A DNA stretch of 64,000 bases from a virus: IMG/VR virus record IMGVR_UViG_3300039066_000010. One strand, written 5' to 3'. The notes under the pieces are model-generated. The model had not been told where the DNA came from. It saw only the letters and a program-made list of their open reading frames with translations, and ran no database searches. The position numbers were made by a program, and so were the translations under genes. Below are positions 37,394 to 46,930 of this stretch, piece by piece. Each line of letters starts with the position of its first letter. Positions within the stretch are counted from its first letter, which is position 1.

Positions 37394-37401
37394 TATCTTT
37401 G
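37394..37401 (+). promoter_or_regulatory. Putative -7 promoter element TATCTTTG (TAnnTTTG) 26 nt upstream of tail fibre start
   Basis: Motif match to Bacteroidetes sigma-A -7 consensus. Confidence 0.35.
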
Positions 37402-37426
37402 TATAAATTTTTAAAACATTAACACA

Positions 37427-39271
37427 ATGACGAAAATACAAGAAAGCGTTAACGATAACACTAGATTCTTTAATGTAAACGGTTTAGATTACCCTAAAAA
37501 TCAATACATTTACAAATACAGAAATGAAGTCGTAAATGATGGAAATGTAGACACAACAGTTATAGAAATCGCTATAGTTGATAAATACACTGGAGAATTA
37601 TTAATATCTTATAGCAGAGTTGAGGATTATGTTAACGCATTTGATGTAGAATACACATCAATTGAAACCCTACTTGCGGATTTATCTATATTACTGGGTT
37701 TTAATTGGGGCGGGACAGCCCCAACAGGCGACCTATCTACTTTTAATTCATTAAGTAGTAATACATTTAATCATTTAAACAATCCAAAGCCTATACTTAG
37801 TGCAGGTGTTTGGGATGCTAATATTAGAGAGATAGGTAATATTCTTAGAATCTCAGATACTCAATTAGCTTTAGTATATACAGGAACATTAATCCCATAC
37901 ACAGAAGGAGTTAATGAATATATTGGATTAGCAACATCTAATGATAATGGATTAACTTGGACTAAAGGAGGAGCTTTAGGGGATGGTAAAATTACAAGTA
38001 CAAATTCAGAAGACCCTTATTTAGTTAAAAACCCAGCTAATGGGCTTTACCATTTATATGCTGAGAGAAAAGTGGTTGCGGGTACAAAACATGATGGAAT
38101 TGAACTATGGACTTCAAGTGATTTAATTAATTTTACTTCACAAGGAATTGTTTTACAAAAAGATGTTTTAATACCATCAGAGACACAAGATGTATCTTCC
38201 CCAACAGTTATGATAGAAAATAACATTTGGTATTTATTTTATGAAGGTAGGTCAAACCCTAGTAATGGAGGTTCTGTAGCATTAGCTATTTCTTCTGACG
38301 GTATCACATTTACAAAACAAACACCTAATCCGTTAATTTATGGTATGCAATGGGACACTATTGCTCCTAAAGTAAGTTGGGCTACTCATTTAGTTCCTGA
38401 TGATATAATTAAAATAGATAACGATTATTACCTTACTGCCCACGCTTATAATGGGGTTATATTCGCAACAGGTTTATTTACATCAACTGATTTATTAAAT
38501 TGGACAGATGTTCTAGGAACTTGGGTTACTAAGTATGACAACAACGATAGCTTAGGAGATGGACTGATGTTTTTTAATGATGGTTTTGGTAATTTTAAAG
38601 GTCTTATTAAATCTTCTAGTACTCAACTAGCTATTGTAGATTTAACTTATAACCCTTATCAAAAAGAATTGTTTACAGCAAGAACAACAGCTACAGGTAT
38701 TAGTAATATGATAAGTGGTAATAGAAGTGAAACAGTTTATGCAAATATAACAGCTGATAGAACTTTTACAATGTCTAAAAATTACATTAGTAATTCAGGA
38801 GTTGTAAAAACTATTATAAATAATTCTGCATTTGTTTTAACAATAACTCCTGCTACAGATGTATTATTCAATGGTTTGTCAACATCTATTGTCTTACAAG
38901 CAAATGAAATTGTAACACTAGTTTGTACAGGTATCAACACTTGGAATTTTTACACATTAAGTCAAGCTATACCAAGTGCTCAAACTTTAACGCAAAGAAG
39001 TACTTTAACAAGTGGTACAGAGACTATTGCAAATACAAGTAGAAATACAGTCTTAATACATGAAGCTGGGGCAACTACAGCTTTAACTGTAAATTTACCC
39101 GCAACTCCTGTAAACAATCAAACAGTAAATATGATGTCAGTTGGTGGTATTGTTGGGTTAACCGTAGCTACCCCTGTTGGTTCAATAGTTGGTAACATAA
39201 CAACACTACCAGCATTAGGAAATGCTAGATTTATGTGGGTAAACTCCCAAAACAAATGGTATAAAATCTAA
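37427..39271 (+). CDS. Tail fibre/spike protein with putative beta-propeller glycoside-hydrolase-like central domain
   Basis: 614 aa; N-terminal 75 aa shared with next gene; DPYLVKNPANGLYHLYAE, WYLFYEGRS resemble GH32/43-type propeller motifs. Confidence 0.5.
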   Translation: MTKIQESVNDNTRFFNVNGLDYPKNQYIYKYRNEVVNDGNVDTTVIEIAIVDKYTGELLISYSRVEDYVNAFDVEYTSIETLLADLSILLGFNWGGTAPTGDLSTFNSLSSNTFNHLNNPKPILSAGVWDANIREIGNILRISDTQLALVYTGTLIPYTEGVNEYIGLATSNDNGLTWTKGGALGDGKITSTNSEDPYLVKNPANGLYHLYAERKVVAGTKHDGIELWTSSDLINFTSQGIVLQKDVLIPSETQDVSSPTVMIENNIWYLFYEGRSNPSNGGSVALAISSDGITFTKQTPNPLIYGMQWDTIAPKVSWATHLVPDDIIKIDNDYYLTAHAYNGVIFATGLFTSTDLLNWTDVLGTWVTKYDNNDSLGDGLMFFNDGFGNFKGLIKSSSTQLAIVDLTYNPYQKELFTARTTATGISNMISGNRSETVYANITADRTFTMSKNYISNSGVVKTIINNSAFVLTITPATDVLFNGLSTSIVLQANEIVTLVCTGINTWNFYTLSQAIPSAQTLTQRSTLTSGTETIANTSRNTVLIHEAGATTALTVNLPATPVNNQTVNMMSVGGIVGLTVATPVGSIVGNITTLPALGNARFMWVNSQNKWYKI

Positions 39272-39282
39272 ACATTAACACA

Positions 39283-40389
39283 ATGACGAAAATACAAGAA
39301 AGTGTTAACGATAACACTAGATTTTTTAATGTAAACGGTTTAGACTATCCTAAAGGGCAGTATATTTACAAATACAGGAATGAAATCATATCTGGAGGAA
39401 ACACAGACACAACAGTTATAGAAATCGCTATAGTTGATAAATACACTGGAGAATTATTAATATCTTACAGCAGAGTTGAGGATTATGTTAACGCATTTGA
39501 TGTAGAATATAATTCATTAGAATTATTACTTATAGACCTTGGTATATTACTGGGTATTAACTCAGAGGAGATAGAATTAGGAAATTATATTCCTTTAACA
39601 GGTACAGAAGTTGATAATCCTGTAACGGGAGATATTGAAATAATTAAACAAACAGACCAACTTGTAATGGGTTTAGTTTGTAATGACATAGATATTGATA
39701 ATCAAAGATATATAGGTTTTGGAGATGATGGAACTGTAGTATTAAAGAATATTAATACATCTACAGGCGATGAAGTTTCTTTGAGCGTAGACCCAGCTAA
39801 TATTATTTTCGGTTCAAGTTTACCAAGTTCAAGAGGGATTTCTGGTAGTTCTGATTTTACACCAAACATAACAGATTTAGACTACACTCAAAAAATATAT
39901 GTAGATACTAAACAACCTAAATTTTATTCTTTTAAATTAGCGGCACCGAGTATATACGCAACGGGAACAACAGCAGAAGTAGAACTTGTAAAAATAACAA
40001 TTCCAGCTAATACTTTTTCAGCTAATGATATTATAAAAATACCTAATATTATTTTTAATAAGTTAGGTACAGCAAATGCTGTTGCAGTTCGTCTTAAAAT
40101 GAGCACAAGTTCAACAATGCCTATGGGACTTACTGGGCAAATAGGTCAGATTACAATAGGTGCAACTTCTTTGTATTCACAAGGAGTAAGAACTTTCATA
40201 GTTAATGGTGGTAATTTAAAAGGTTATTCATTTACAACTGCTGCCTTGACAGACATAGTACCTTTAGCAACCGCAATAAGTAGTGTGGTATTCGATGTAA
40301 CGCAAACACAATATTTTTATATTAGTGCTGCTTTATTAAACGCATCGGATAGTTTACGAGTAGACTGCTTACAAATAACAAACTATTAA
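39283..40389 (+). CDS. Tail fibre paralogue (shared N-terminal anchor module, divergent C-terminus)
   Basis: First ~75 aa ~90% identical to 37427 gene. Confidence 0.55.
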   Translation: MTKIQESVNDNTRFFNVNGLDYPKGQYIYKYRNEIISGGNTDTTVIEIAIVDKYTGELLISYSRVEDYVNAFDVEYNSLELLLIDLGILLGINSEEIELGNYIPLTGTEVDNPVTGDIEIIKQTDQLVMGLVCNDIDIDNQRYIGFGDDGTVVLKNINTSTGDEVSLSVDPANIIFGSSLPSSRGISGSSDFTPNITDLDYTQKIYVDTKQPKFYSFKLAAPSIYATGTTAEVELVKITIPANTFSANDIIKIPNIIFNKLGTANAVAVRLKMSTSSTMPMGLTGQIGQITIGATSLYSQGVRTFIVNGGNLKGYSFTTAALTDIVPLATAISSVVFDVTQTQYFYISAALLNASDSLRVDCLQITNY

Positions 40390-40408
40390 TTATGTTATAA
40401 CAATAACC

Positions 40409-40446
40409 AAAAAAAGGAGTCCCGAACAGGACTCCTTTTTTTTATT
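40409..40446. terminator. Bidirectional intrinsic terminator (A7-GGAGTCC...GGACTCC-T9)
   Basis: Seen directly between convergent genes. Confidence 0.6.
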
Positions 40447-41005
40447 CTTTCTTTTTATTCATTTGTTTGATAACATTCATGTAGTATTTATCAACCGTTT
40501 TACTTGATGAAACTAAAGCGTTGTGAGAGGTTTCAGGTATCTGAGATTCACCAGTACATATCTTATGTAATTTCCCACATAATATTTTACCTTTTGTACT
40601 TAAGGTGTACAACGCAGATTGTCTCCCTTTTTTAGCTCTCCATAACACAACCCAACCATCTTCTACTAACTTATTAAAAACCCTAGCGTATTTCATATCT
40701 AGTGTCCTTGTAAAGATTTCAATATCTGTCCTTTTGAAAAGACCGATTGGATAAATATACAATAACAACTCTAAATAAGGGCGTGATATATCATGAGATG
40801 TACAAGCCCAGTTAAAAGCAATTCTTATGTACTGCAGGAAATCATATTGAACCCTTTGATGAAATGTTTCCGGAGGTAGTTGAACATCACCTACTCTGGT
40901 ATAAATTACTTCACTGAAATTATCTTTTTTAGATAATCTCCTTTTGTTTACTTCTTTTAAACGCTCGTCTTGTCGTTTACTTCTTTGTAGGGGTGTTTCC
41001 TTCAT
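40442..41005 (-). CDS. Hypothetical protein (possible winged-helix regulator)
   Basis: ORF only. Confidence 0.35.
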   Translation of the reverse strand: MKETPLQRSKRQDERLKEVNKRRLSKKDNFSEVIYTRVGDVQLPPETFHQRVQYDFLQYIRIAFNWACTSHDISRPYLELLLYIYPIGLFKRTDIEIFTRTLDMKYARVFNKLVEDGWVVLWRAKKGRQSALYTLSTKGKILCGKLHKICTGESQIPETSHNALVSSSKTVDKYYMNVIKQMNKKKE

Positions 41006-41250
41006 CTTCCTCCTTTTTTTAAATTACATTTTGCACAAGTCCATTGTAAATTAGATATTGAATGTAAACCTCCTTTTATTAAAGGTGTTATATGGTCTAA
41101 ATGAACTGAGTTTTTAACTTCCCATTTTAAATTATCCCCGCATATAGCACAAAAATCTTTAGGCAATCCCATCAACGATGTTTTAGTAACTGTACCATCA
41201 GACTGGTTTACACATCTTTCTCTTCTTTCTGAACGATATATCCTAACCAT
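41002..41250 (-). CDS. HNH endonuclease
   Basis: HLDHITPLIKGG...NLQWTCAKCNLKKG (H-x-D-H ... N ... C-x2-CN). Confidence 0.7.
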   Translation of the reverse strand: MVRIYRSERRERCVNQSDGTVTKTSLMGLPKDFCAICGDNLKWEVKNSVHLDHITPLIKGGLHSISNLQWTCAKCNLKKGGR

Positions 41251-41275
41251 CTCTGGGTTATTAACAGTCCATTTT

Positions 41276-41566
41276 TTAGTTATTCTTTTTCTTTTTTTCA
41301 GGATTGTTTTTATTCCAGTTAACAGCTCTTTTAACGTTTAATGTTTTGTTCTTACCTTTTATGATTTTCTGACAGTCTTTACAATAAGGATGATGACCCG
41401 TACTTCTAGTTGAATCTTTTATAAATTCTGTGACAGGTTTTAAAATAAGGCATTTCCTACATTCAAAATTATTTTTTAGACTTTCCACCTCTTGCATTAA
41501 CATCTCCTTTAGTTCCGGTTTTAGCCCCTCTATTAACAGAGGACTTAACAAAACTATCTGTACCAT
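41276..41566 (-). CDS. Hypothetical Cys-containing small protein
   Basis: ORF; overlaps next ORF. Confidence 0.3.
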   Translation of the reverse strand: MVQIVLLSPLLIEGLKPELKEMLMQEVESLKNNFECRKCLILKPVTEFIKDSTRSTGHHPYCKDCQKIIKGKNKTLNVKRAVNWNKNNPEKKKKNN

Positions 41567-41743
41567 GATTATAGTCTTTACCTGTTATGTTTTTACCGGC
41601 TTTTTTAGCATCTGCTCTTTTTTTGTTAGCCTCTGTTCTCTTTTTTATTTGTTCAGGTTTGGCGTTAATCTTTTTATCCGTAGCTGCTTTTTTCTTTCTA
41701 GCCTCTGGATTTTCCTTGTAATACTTAGTACTATCTCCCATAA
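41469..41743 (-). CDS. Highly basic Lys/Ala-rich small protein (likely starts at internal Met, MGDSTKYYK)
   Basis: ORF; composition K/R-rich. Confidence 0.3.
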
Positions 41744-41760
41744 TTAAATGTTTGGTTAAA

Positions 41761-41786
41761 ATTATTATCTTTGCAAAGATAATAAT
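41761..41786. promoter_or_regulatory. 24-bp perfect palindrome TTATTATCTTTGCAAAGATAATAA containing TATCTTTG on both strands (candidate bidirectional promoter/operator)
   Basis: Seen directly; TAnnTTTG on plus ~27 nt before ATG 41800, mirror copy on minus before 41743 gene. Confidence 0.5.
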
Positions 41787-41799
41787 AATATTTGACACG

Positions 41800-42336
41800 A
41801 TGAAAGAGTTTTGTCAATTTTTAAAAATACATAAAAGATTTTATATGAAGTTTAAGTTGCTTTTCAGTAGCTGGGCGGGAAGGTCATGTCTGATTTCCGC
41901 TTTTGCGTTCCCAGTTTTAAATAATATTCAATTAGCGTTAGTGATACTACTAGGTGCTTTTATTGCTGATTTCCTTTCCGGATGGTTAGCCAGCTACATG
42001 GAGATTAAAAGAGGAGAGAGGGAAATGCCTAAAAGTGGGTATTCTTTTGAAAGCACTAGAGCTAGAGAATCTGTAGTTAAAGCGATTGGTTATATTATTT
42101 TAATATTAGGGTCATTAGCTTTAGAACATTTATTCTTCGATAAGAAATTCGAATTCTCTAACTTATCTTCAAAGTCAGTTGGGGTTACTGAGTTAATCAT
42201 AGGGTTTTGTGTAGCTATTGAATTATACAGCACAATGGTTGAAAATATGAAAAGAGCAGGATTCGACATAGTGGGTAAAGTAACTAACGCTGCAACATCT
42301 CTTTGGGACGTGTTCAGAAAAATAAAAGGAGAATAA
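41800..42336 (+). CDS. Multi-pass membrane protein, holin candidate (ATG start at 41800; track TTG start at 41752 less likely)
   Basis: Three hydrophobic helices; immediately upstream of endolysin. Confidence 0.45.
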   Translation: MKEFCQFLKIHKRFYMKFKLLFSSWAGRSCLISAFAFPVLNNIQLALVILLGAFIADFLSGWLASYMEIKRGEREMPKSGYSFESTRARESVVKAIGYIILILGSLALEHLFFDKKFEFSNLSSKSVGVTELIIGFCVAIELYSTMVENMKRAGFDIVGKVTNAATSLWDVFRKIKGE

Positions 42337-42378
42337 TGACACAAGCACAGATAAACCACCAAAAACAAAAGAAAACAA

Positions 42379-42909
42379 ATGGATAATTTATCACTTTTAA
42401 GAGCTTCAGAAGCACACCCGAAAATAAGACAACTATTAATAGACACGTATATTAAAGCAAACAATGTTTTAGGAAAAGGTTGTAGATTAAGATTATCTTA
42501 TGTGTACCGTTCACCCGAAGAGCAGAACGCTTTATATGCACAAGGAAGAACAACCAAAGGAGCTAAGGTCACAGATGCTAAAGCTTGGCGTAGTTTTCAC
42601 AATTTTTCTTTCGCTTTCGACATTGTACTTATGTATGATAAAGACGGAGATGGTAAATTTGAAGATGTTTCTTGGGATACAAAAAGAGACGGAGATAAGG
42701 ATAACATAGCAGATTGGTTAGAAGTAACTAAAGTATTCACAGAGGCAGGATTTACTAACGGGTTCATATCTAATGGTAAAAAATGGGACTTACCACACTT
42801 TCAAAAAACATTTGGTTTAACTTGGCAACAAATGAAAACTAAAATTGACGTAGGAGAATATACAGAGGAAATACAAAACGGTAAAAAAATTAAATATATT
42901 AAAATCTAA
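42379..42909 (+). CDS. Peptidase M15 (VanY / L-alanyl-D-glutamate peptidase-like) endolysin
   Basis: SYVYRSPEEQNALY and SFHNFSFAFDIV (S-x-H-x2-G-x-A-x-D) motifs. Confidence 0.7.
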   Translation: MDNLSLLRASEAHPKIRQLLIDTYIKANNVLGKGCRLRLSYVYRSPEEQNALYAQGRTTKGAKVTDAKAWRSFHNFSFAFDIVLMYDKDGDGKFEDVSWDTKRDGDKDNIADWLEVTKVFTEAGFTNGFISNGKKWDLPHFQKTFGLTWQQMKTKIDVGEYTEEIQNGKKIKYIKI

Positions 42910-42912
42910 TAT

Positions 42913-43330
42913 ATGAAAAATAAATATTACGTTTATTTGCATATTAAATTATCAACAGGAGAACCCTTTTTATGTAGGTAAAGGAGTAGGGAGACAAGAC
43001 TTGAAGAAAGGTACTCTATGTAATTTAACAAATGGAGGAGAAACCACACATGGGTTTGTACATACTGAGGAATCTAAATTGAAAATGTCTAAAAGTAGAA
43101 AAGGAATTCCCACATCAGAACTTCAAAAAGAGATGGTGGGAAAATTGTTTAAAGGTAAATTTGGAGTAGACCACAACAGAAGTAAAGCAGTTACATGTGT
43201 TGAAACAGGAGAAATATATGGTTCGATGAGTGAAGCCTCTAGAGAGTTAAAAATAACAGTAAGTTCTGTTAGTTGGTCAGTAAAACATAAAAAACCGATT
43301 TTCGGTTTACATTTTCAAATCAAAAACTAA
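42913..43330 (+). pseudogene. Degenerate GIY-YIG homing endonuclease remnant with +1 frameshift in T5 run (~42966-42970) and retained NUMOD-like DNA-binding tail
   Basis: ATG frame reads MKNKYYVYLHIKLSTGEPF then stop; next frame continues YVGKGVGRQ...HTEESKLKMSKSRKG (NUMOD3-like) ...; catalytic E/N region missing. Confidence 0.5.
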
Positions 43331-43332
43331 TT

Positions 43333-43899
43333 ATGCAAAAAATAAAAGACAAACTACCGTGGATTCTATCTGCGGTATTACTTTTTATAATCTTCCTTGT
43401 TAAATGTGGAGATGGTAAAACACCAGTTGGTAAAACAACTGTTAAGACCGACACCATTTACACAACTAAGATTGTAAAAATACCAGAGATAAAACAAGTT
43501 TTTATAAAAGAAAAACCAAAACCTGAAACAGAAGTTGCTATCGGTTTAACCGATACCGTCAGAACATATAATAATATATTCAAGGATTCAACAGGTTTAG
43601 TTGAAGTTGTTGTAAAAGACTCAGTAAATGGACATCTATTAAAACAGGTGGTGTCATTCAATGTAAAAGAAAGGGAGATTCAATACAAAGAGAAAACCAT
43701 AACCAATACAATAACGACTAAATTAAAACCTAGTTTTGTAATATCAGGAGGTTTAAAAACACAAATAGGACTTCACCCATCAGTAGGAGCTGAGTTAACG
43801 TTTAAAAACAAAAACGGATGGAGCTTAGACTTAGGAACTAATACAAACAAAGATGTGTTAGTCGGAGTTAAGAAAGACATAATAACTTTTTACAAATAA
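43333..43899 (+). CDS. N-terminally anchored protein (possible lipoprotein/spanin-like lysis accessory)
   Basis: Hydrophobic N-terminus followed by Cys (FLVKCG); follows lysis genes. Confidence 0.3.
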   Translation: MQKIKDKLPWILSAVLLFIIFLVKCGDGKTPVGKTTVKTDTIYTTKIVKIPEIKQVFIKEKPKPETEVAIGLTDTVRTYNNIFKDSTGLVEVVVKDSVNGHLLKQVVSFNVKEREIQYKEKTITNTITTKLKPSFVISGGLKTQIGLHPSVGAELTFKNKNGWSLDLGTNTNKDVLVGVKKDIITFYK

Positions 43900-43904
43900 C
43901 ATAG

Positions 43905-46040
43905 ATGGGGAGAATAAAAAACAAAGGGTTATACCCTGACGATATAGTTTTAGATGGTAATGAGTCGTTAATCGGCTCAGATATTACCAACAACGGTGAA
44001 ACTAAAAACTACACACTTAACTCAATCAGGGATTTCTTAATACAAGGGTTATCACCAGAGGAAGGAGGAGTGCTAAAAATAACAGAGATTATATACTCTG
44101 GGGAGTTAACAACACCTGAAGAAGTAGCAAATCAATTAGACCCTGTATACTTAGTACAGAGATATGAGGTTGTAATATTAAATGTAAACGGTGATAAATA
44201 CTTATTTCAGTTACAAGATGTGAACATTGGGGTACTAGAAGACGATGTATCATCTACAGATTTCATTGCTATTAATTTAATCTCTGAAAACTTATCAAAC
44301 GATATTAGTTTCTACAAAGGATTTAACCCAGTAACAGGAAGAGAGGAACACTACTCTGTCAATTCAGTTGGTTTAAATATCGCAAAAGAAATGTCCGGAT
44401 TAGATGAGACAGGAGTAATATTAATAGAACAAACAGAACAGACTAATCTAGGGACAGGTGTTTCAGTTTACAAAGGGTTAAACTCAACAACAAAATTACA
44501 AGAGTTCAGAAGAATATCATCTGATACGCAAATAATTGAATTAGACGGAGATACTATATTGATTAACACTCCTTCTACAGCATCAATCCCTGCTTTATAT
44601 GTGAACGATTTATACATCCCAACATATAACGATTGGTTAACTGAAAACGAATTTCAAAACTCAGGTACAGCGGTAATCGGATTTATATTCAGAGGAAAAG
44701 GAACTTTAGCTCAACCATTCACAAACAACACGGTTTATCCATTAGCAGGAGGTTCAGTTACAATTACTCCAAATACAGCAATTCAAAATGTTTTAGACGG
44801 AGATACTGCTTATAATACACCTTACAGCTATCAAGGGACAGGAACTAGAATAGCTCCTCAAAAAAGCGGTCAAAAAATCATAGTTCAAGACAATAATAGT
44901 TTTTATACATTTACAGGAGATTTTAATTACGAGAACTTAAATTTAAAATTAGAATGTTCTGTAGTGGCAACTACATCAGGTTATTTAATAGACATGGATA
45001 ATCCTTTGTATTTTAATGCAAATAATGGTAGATTTTTAATAACAATTATAGAAAATAAATTATTACAATTTACTGATTCATTAGGATTTAGAAATTCAGG
45101 AAATACTTCAAGTATTCCTCCTTCGTTTGATTCAGGCAGAATTGGATTTATACATGGAGAAGGAACTCTTTACTCTAGCTACAGTGGTGCAAACATATTG
45201 ACTAGATATATTTTCAATGGAGATGGTAATAATAATGATGATAACGTACATTTTGAAATCAGATGTAAAGTAAGAGCCGACCAACAAGGAATATATCTTA
45301 CTAAAAACAAAATGAGGATAGACTTTTATAATCTATTACAATCAGGTATTTTAACAGGTAGTGGAAACATAGCTTTAAAAGCTTTTCACATGACAGGAGG
45401 TCAAATTAGGTTTTATGAAAAAGGAAGTATAGATTTAAGCAACCATGTAACAGGAAGGACTTATGGATTTACCTTTGAACCTATAGATGATGGAATCGGT
45501 TATTGTAATTTTCAATTAAACTCAGCAAAAGTAGCGGGAAATTCTGAAAATTGCTTTGCAAAATTAAATAACGAAGCTGTCGGCTTTTTAGCTTTTAATT
45601 CTCCAAGTGGAGATGGTTTCTCTACAACATTAGTTGGGACGGGTACTATAGTAGACGGACTTTTTGAAAACTTAGGGGTTACACCTTGGGAAGTAAATTT
45701 TAAAAACAATGTGTTTTCATTTACAGGTATTGACCAAACTAAGGTTGACTTAACACAGGGTAATAACGTTTCTACTATTAACTTTATTGGTAACAATCTT
45801 GTAGAAAACCTAGTTGTTTACGGTTCGAAAGCAAACGCATTAGCAGCAGGAATACCTATAAATTCAACATTCTTAAAAAGAAATGTATTTAATGCTGTAG
45901 ATTTAATAGCAGGGGTTGAATACAAAGTAGTAACTGCAGGTTCACCAAGTTTAGGAACTGTTGGTAGTTTCTTCACAGCAACCGGAAGTGAAACAGGTAC
46001 AGGTACAGCTAGTTTAGAAACTAGAGAGATAATAACATAA
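43905..46040 (+). CDS. Large tail fibre / structural protein
   Basis: 711 aa, Gly/Thr/Asn-rich beta-type composition. Confidence 0.45.
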   Translation: MGRIKNKGLYPDDIVLDGNESLIGSDITNNGETKNYTLNSIRDFLIQGLSPEEGGVLKITEIIYSGELTTPEEVANQLDPVYLVQRYEVVILNVNGDKYLFQLQDVNIGVLEDDVSSTDFIAINLISENLSNDISFYKGFNPVTGREEHYSVNSVGLNIAKEMSGLDETGVILIEQTEQTNLGTGVSVYKGLNSTTKLQEFRRISSDTQIIELDGDTILINTPSTASIPALYVNDLYIPTYNDWLTENEFQNSGTAVIGFIFRGKGTLAQPFTNNTVYPLAGGSVTITPNTAIQNVLDGDTAYNTPYSYQGTGTRIAPQKSGQKIIVQDNNSFYTFTGDFNYENLNLKLECSVVATTSGYLIDMDNPLYFNANNGRFLITIIENKLLQFTDSLGFRNSGNTSSIPPSFDSGRIGFIHGEGTLYSSYSGANILTRYIFNGDGNNNDDNVHFEIRCKVRADQQGIYLTKNKMRIDFYNLLQSGILTGSGNIALKAFHMTGGQIRFYEKGSIDLSNHVTGRTYGFTFEPIDDGIGYCNFQLNSAKVAGNSENCFAKLNNEAVGFLAFNSPSGDGFSTTLVGTGTIVDGLFENLGVTPWEVNFKNNVFSFTGIDQTKVDLTQGNNVSTINFIGNNLVENLVVYGSKANALAAGIPINSTFLKRNVFNAVDLIAGVEYKVVTAGSPSLGTVGSFFTATGSETGTGTASLETREIIT

Positions 46041-46052
46041 TCATTAAACTAA

Positions 46053-46077
46053 AGACCCCTTCGAGGGTCTTTTTTTA
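46053..46077 (+). terminator. Intrinsic terminator (AGACCC...GGGTCT + T7)
   Basis: Seen directly. Confidence 0.6.
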
Positions 46078-46082
46078 TGAGT

Positions 46083-46110
46083 GTCCATATTTTTATTAAA
46101 TTTGCATTAA
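46083..46110 (+). promoter_or_regulatory. Conserved late-promoter-like box TCCATATTTTTATTAAATTTGCA (TAAATTTG at 46099-46106, 22 nt before ATG)
   Basis: Near-identical copy at 53057-53085 with same spacing to start codon. Confidence 0.5.
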
Positions 46111-46127
46111 ATTAAAATCAAAAACAT

Positions 46128-46370
46128 ATGAATCTAATTAGAAAAATATCAGTTGGGTCAAACTACCCAGACAAGGTTCTACATTACCAAGTTGATAAAC
46201 CCGTGAGAATGGGAGCAGAAGAAAAAAATGTAAAACGTATTGAAGAATCATTCGAAGAAGGAAGTAAGGTATATAAGATTTTCGTAGAAGGGGAAATGAA
46301 TTCCGCATTGTTATGGAAGAAAATTATAAACGTTCCTGTAGTAGTTGAATATTTAATAGGGTTCGATTAA
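46128..46370 (+). CDS. Hypothetical protein
   Basis: ORF only. Confidence 0.4.
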   Translation: MNLIRKISVGSNYPDKVLHYQVDKPVRMGAEEKNVKRIEESFEEGSKVYKIFVEGEMNSALLWKKIINVPVVVEYLIGFD

Positions 46371-46930
46371 TGATAACTTTAAACTGCCTAGTAGTAGAAG
46401 TTGAATCAGAATATGAAAATGAAAGAGAGGGTATCGTTAGTAATATTGATTATAACGATACCTTTTTTATAACTAGAAAAGCTACAGTTGTATCAGCCCC
46501 TAAGTTCACGATTTTAAAAAAAGGAGATACAGTTGTGTGTCATCATAATATATTCAGGAAAAAAGGGAGCACATCCGGAACTATTATACATAGTGCTTTT
46601 CATATCGAAGACAACTTATATCATGTACCTCTAGACGAGGTTTTCATGTTTAAAAGAGATGGTGAAGATTGGGTATCACTATCACCGTTTTGTTTTGTTA
46701 CCCCAATAAAAGATGAAAACTTTAATCATTTATCTGAAACAGAAAAACAATTCGAAACACATAAAGGTTTTAAAAAGAATAGAGGGATATTAGCTTATCC
46801 TTGTAAGGAGTTAGAGCAGCATAAAAACAAAGAAGTTATATTCAGCAATGATTCCGAATATGAATTTTTAATAGACGGTGTACTATATTACAAAATGAAA
46901 TTAAATGATATTTTAATATTTATTGAATGA
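46370..46930 (+). CDS. Hypothetical protein
   Basis: ORF only. Confidence 0.4.
   Translation: MITLNCLVVEVESEYENEREGIVSNIDYNDTFFITRKATVVSAPKFTILKKGDTVVCHHNIFRKKGSTSGTIIHSAFHIEDNLYHVPLDEVFMFKRDGEDWVSLSPFCFVTPIKDENFNHLSETEKQFETHKGFKKNRGILAYPCKELEQHKNKEVIFSNDSEYEFLIDGVLYYKMKLNDILIFIE

Noticed and set aside
41752-41799. TTG start at 41752 giving MVKIIIFAKIIIIFDT N-terminal extension of the holin-like gene
   Set aside because: The extension is the translation of the 24-bp regulatory palindrome; an ATG at 41800 with the TATCTTTG box upstream is the more plausible start.
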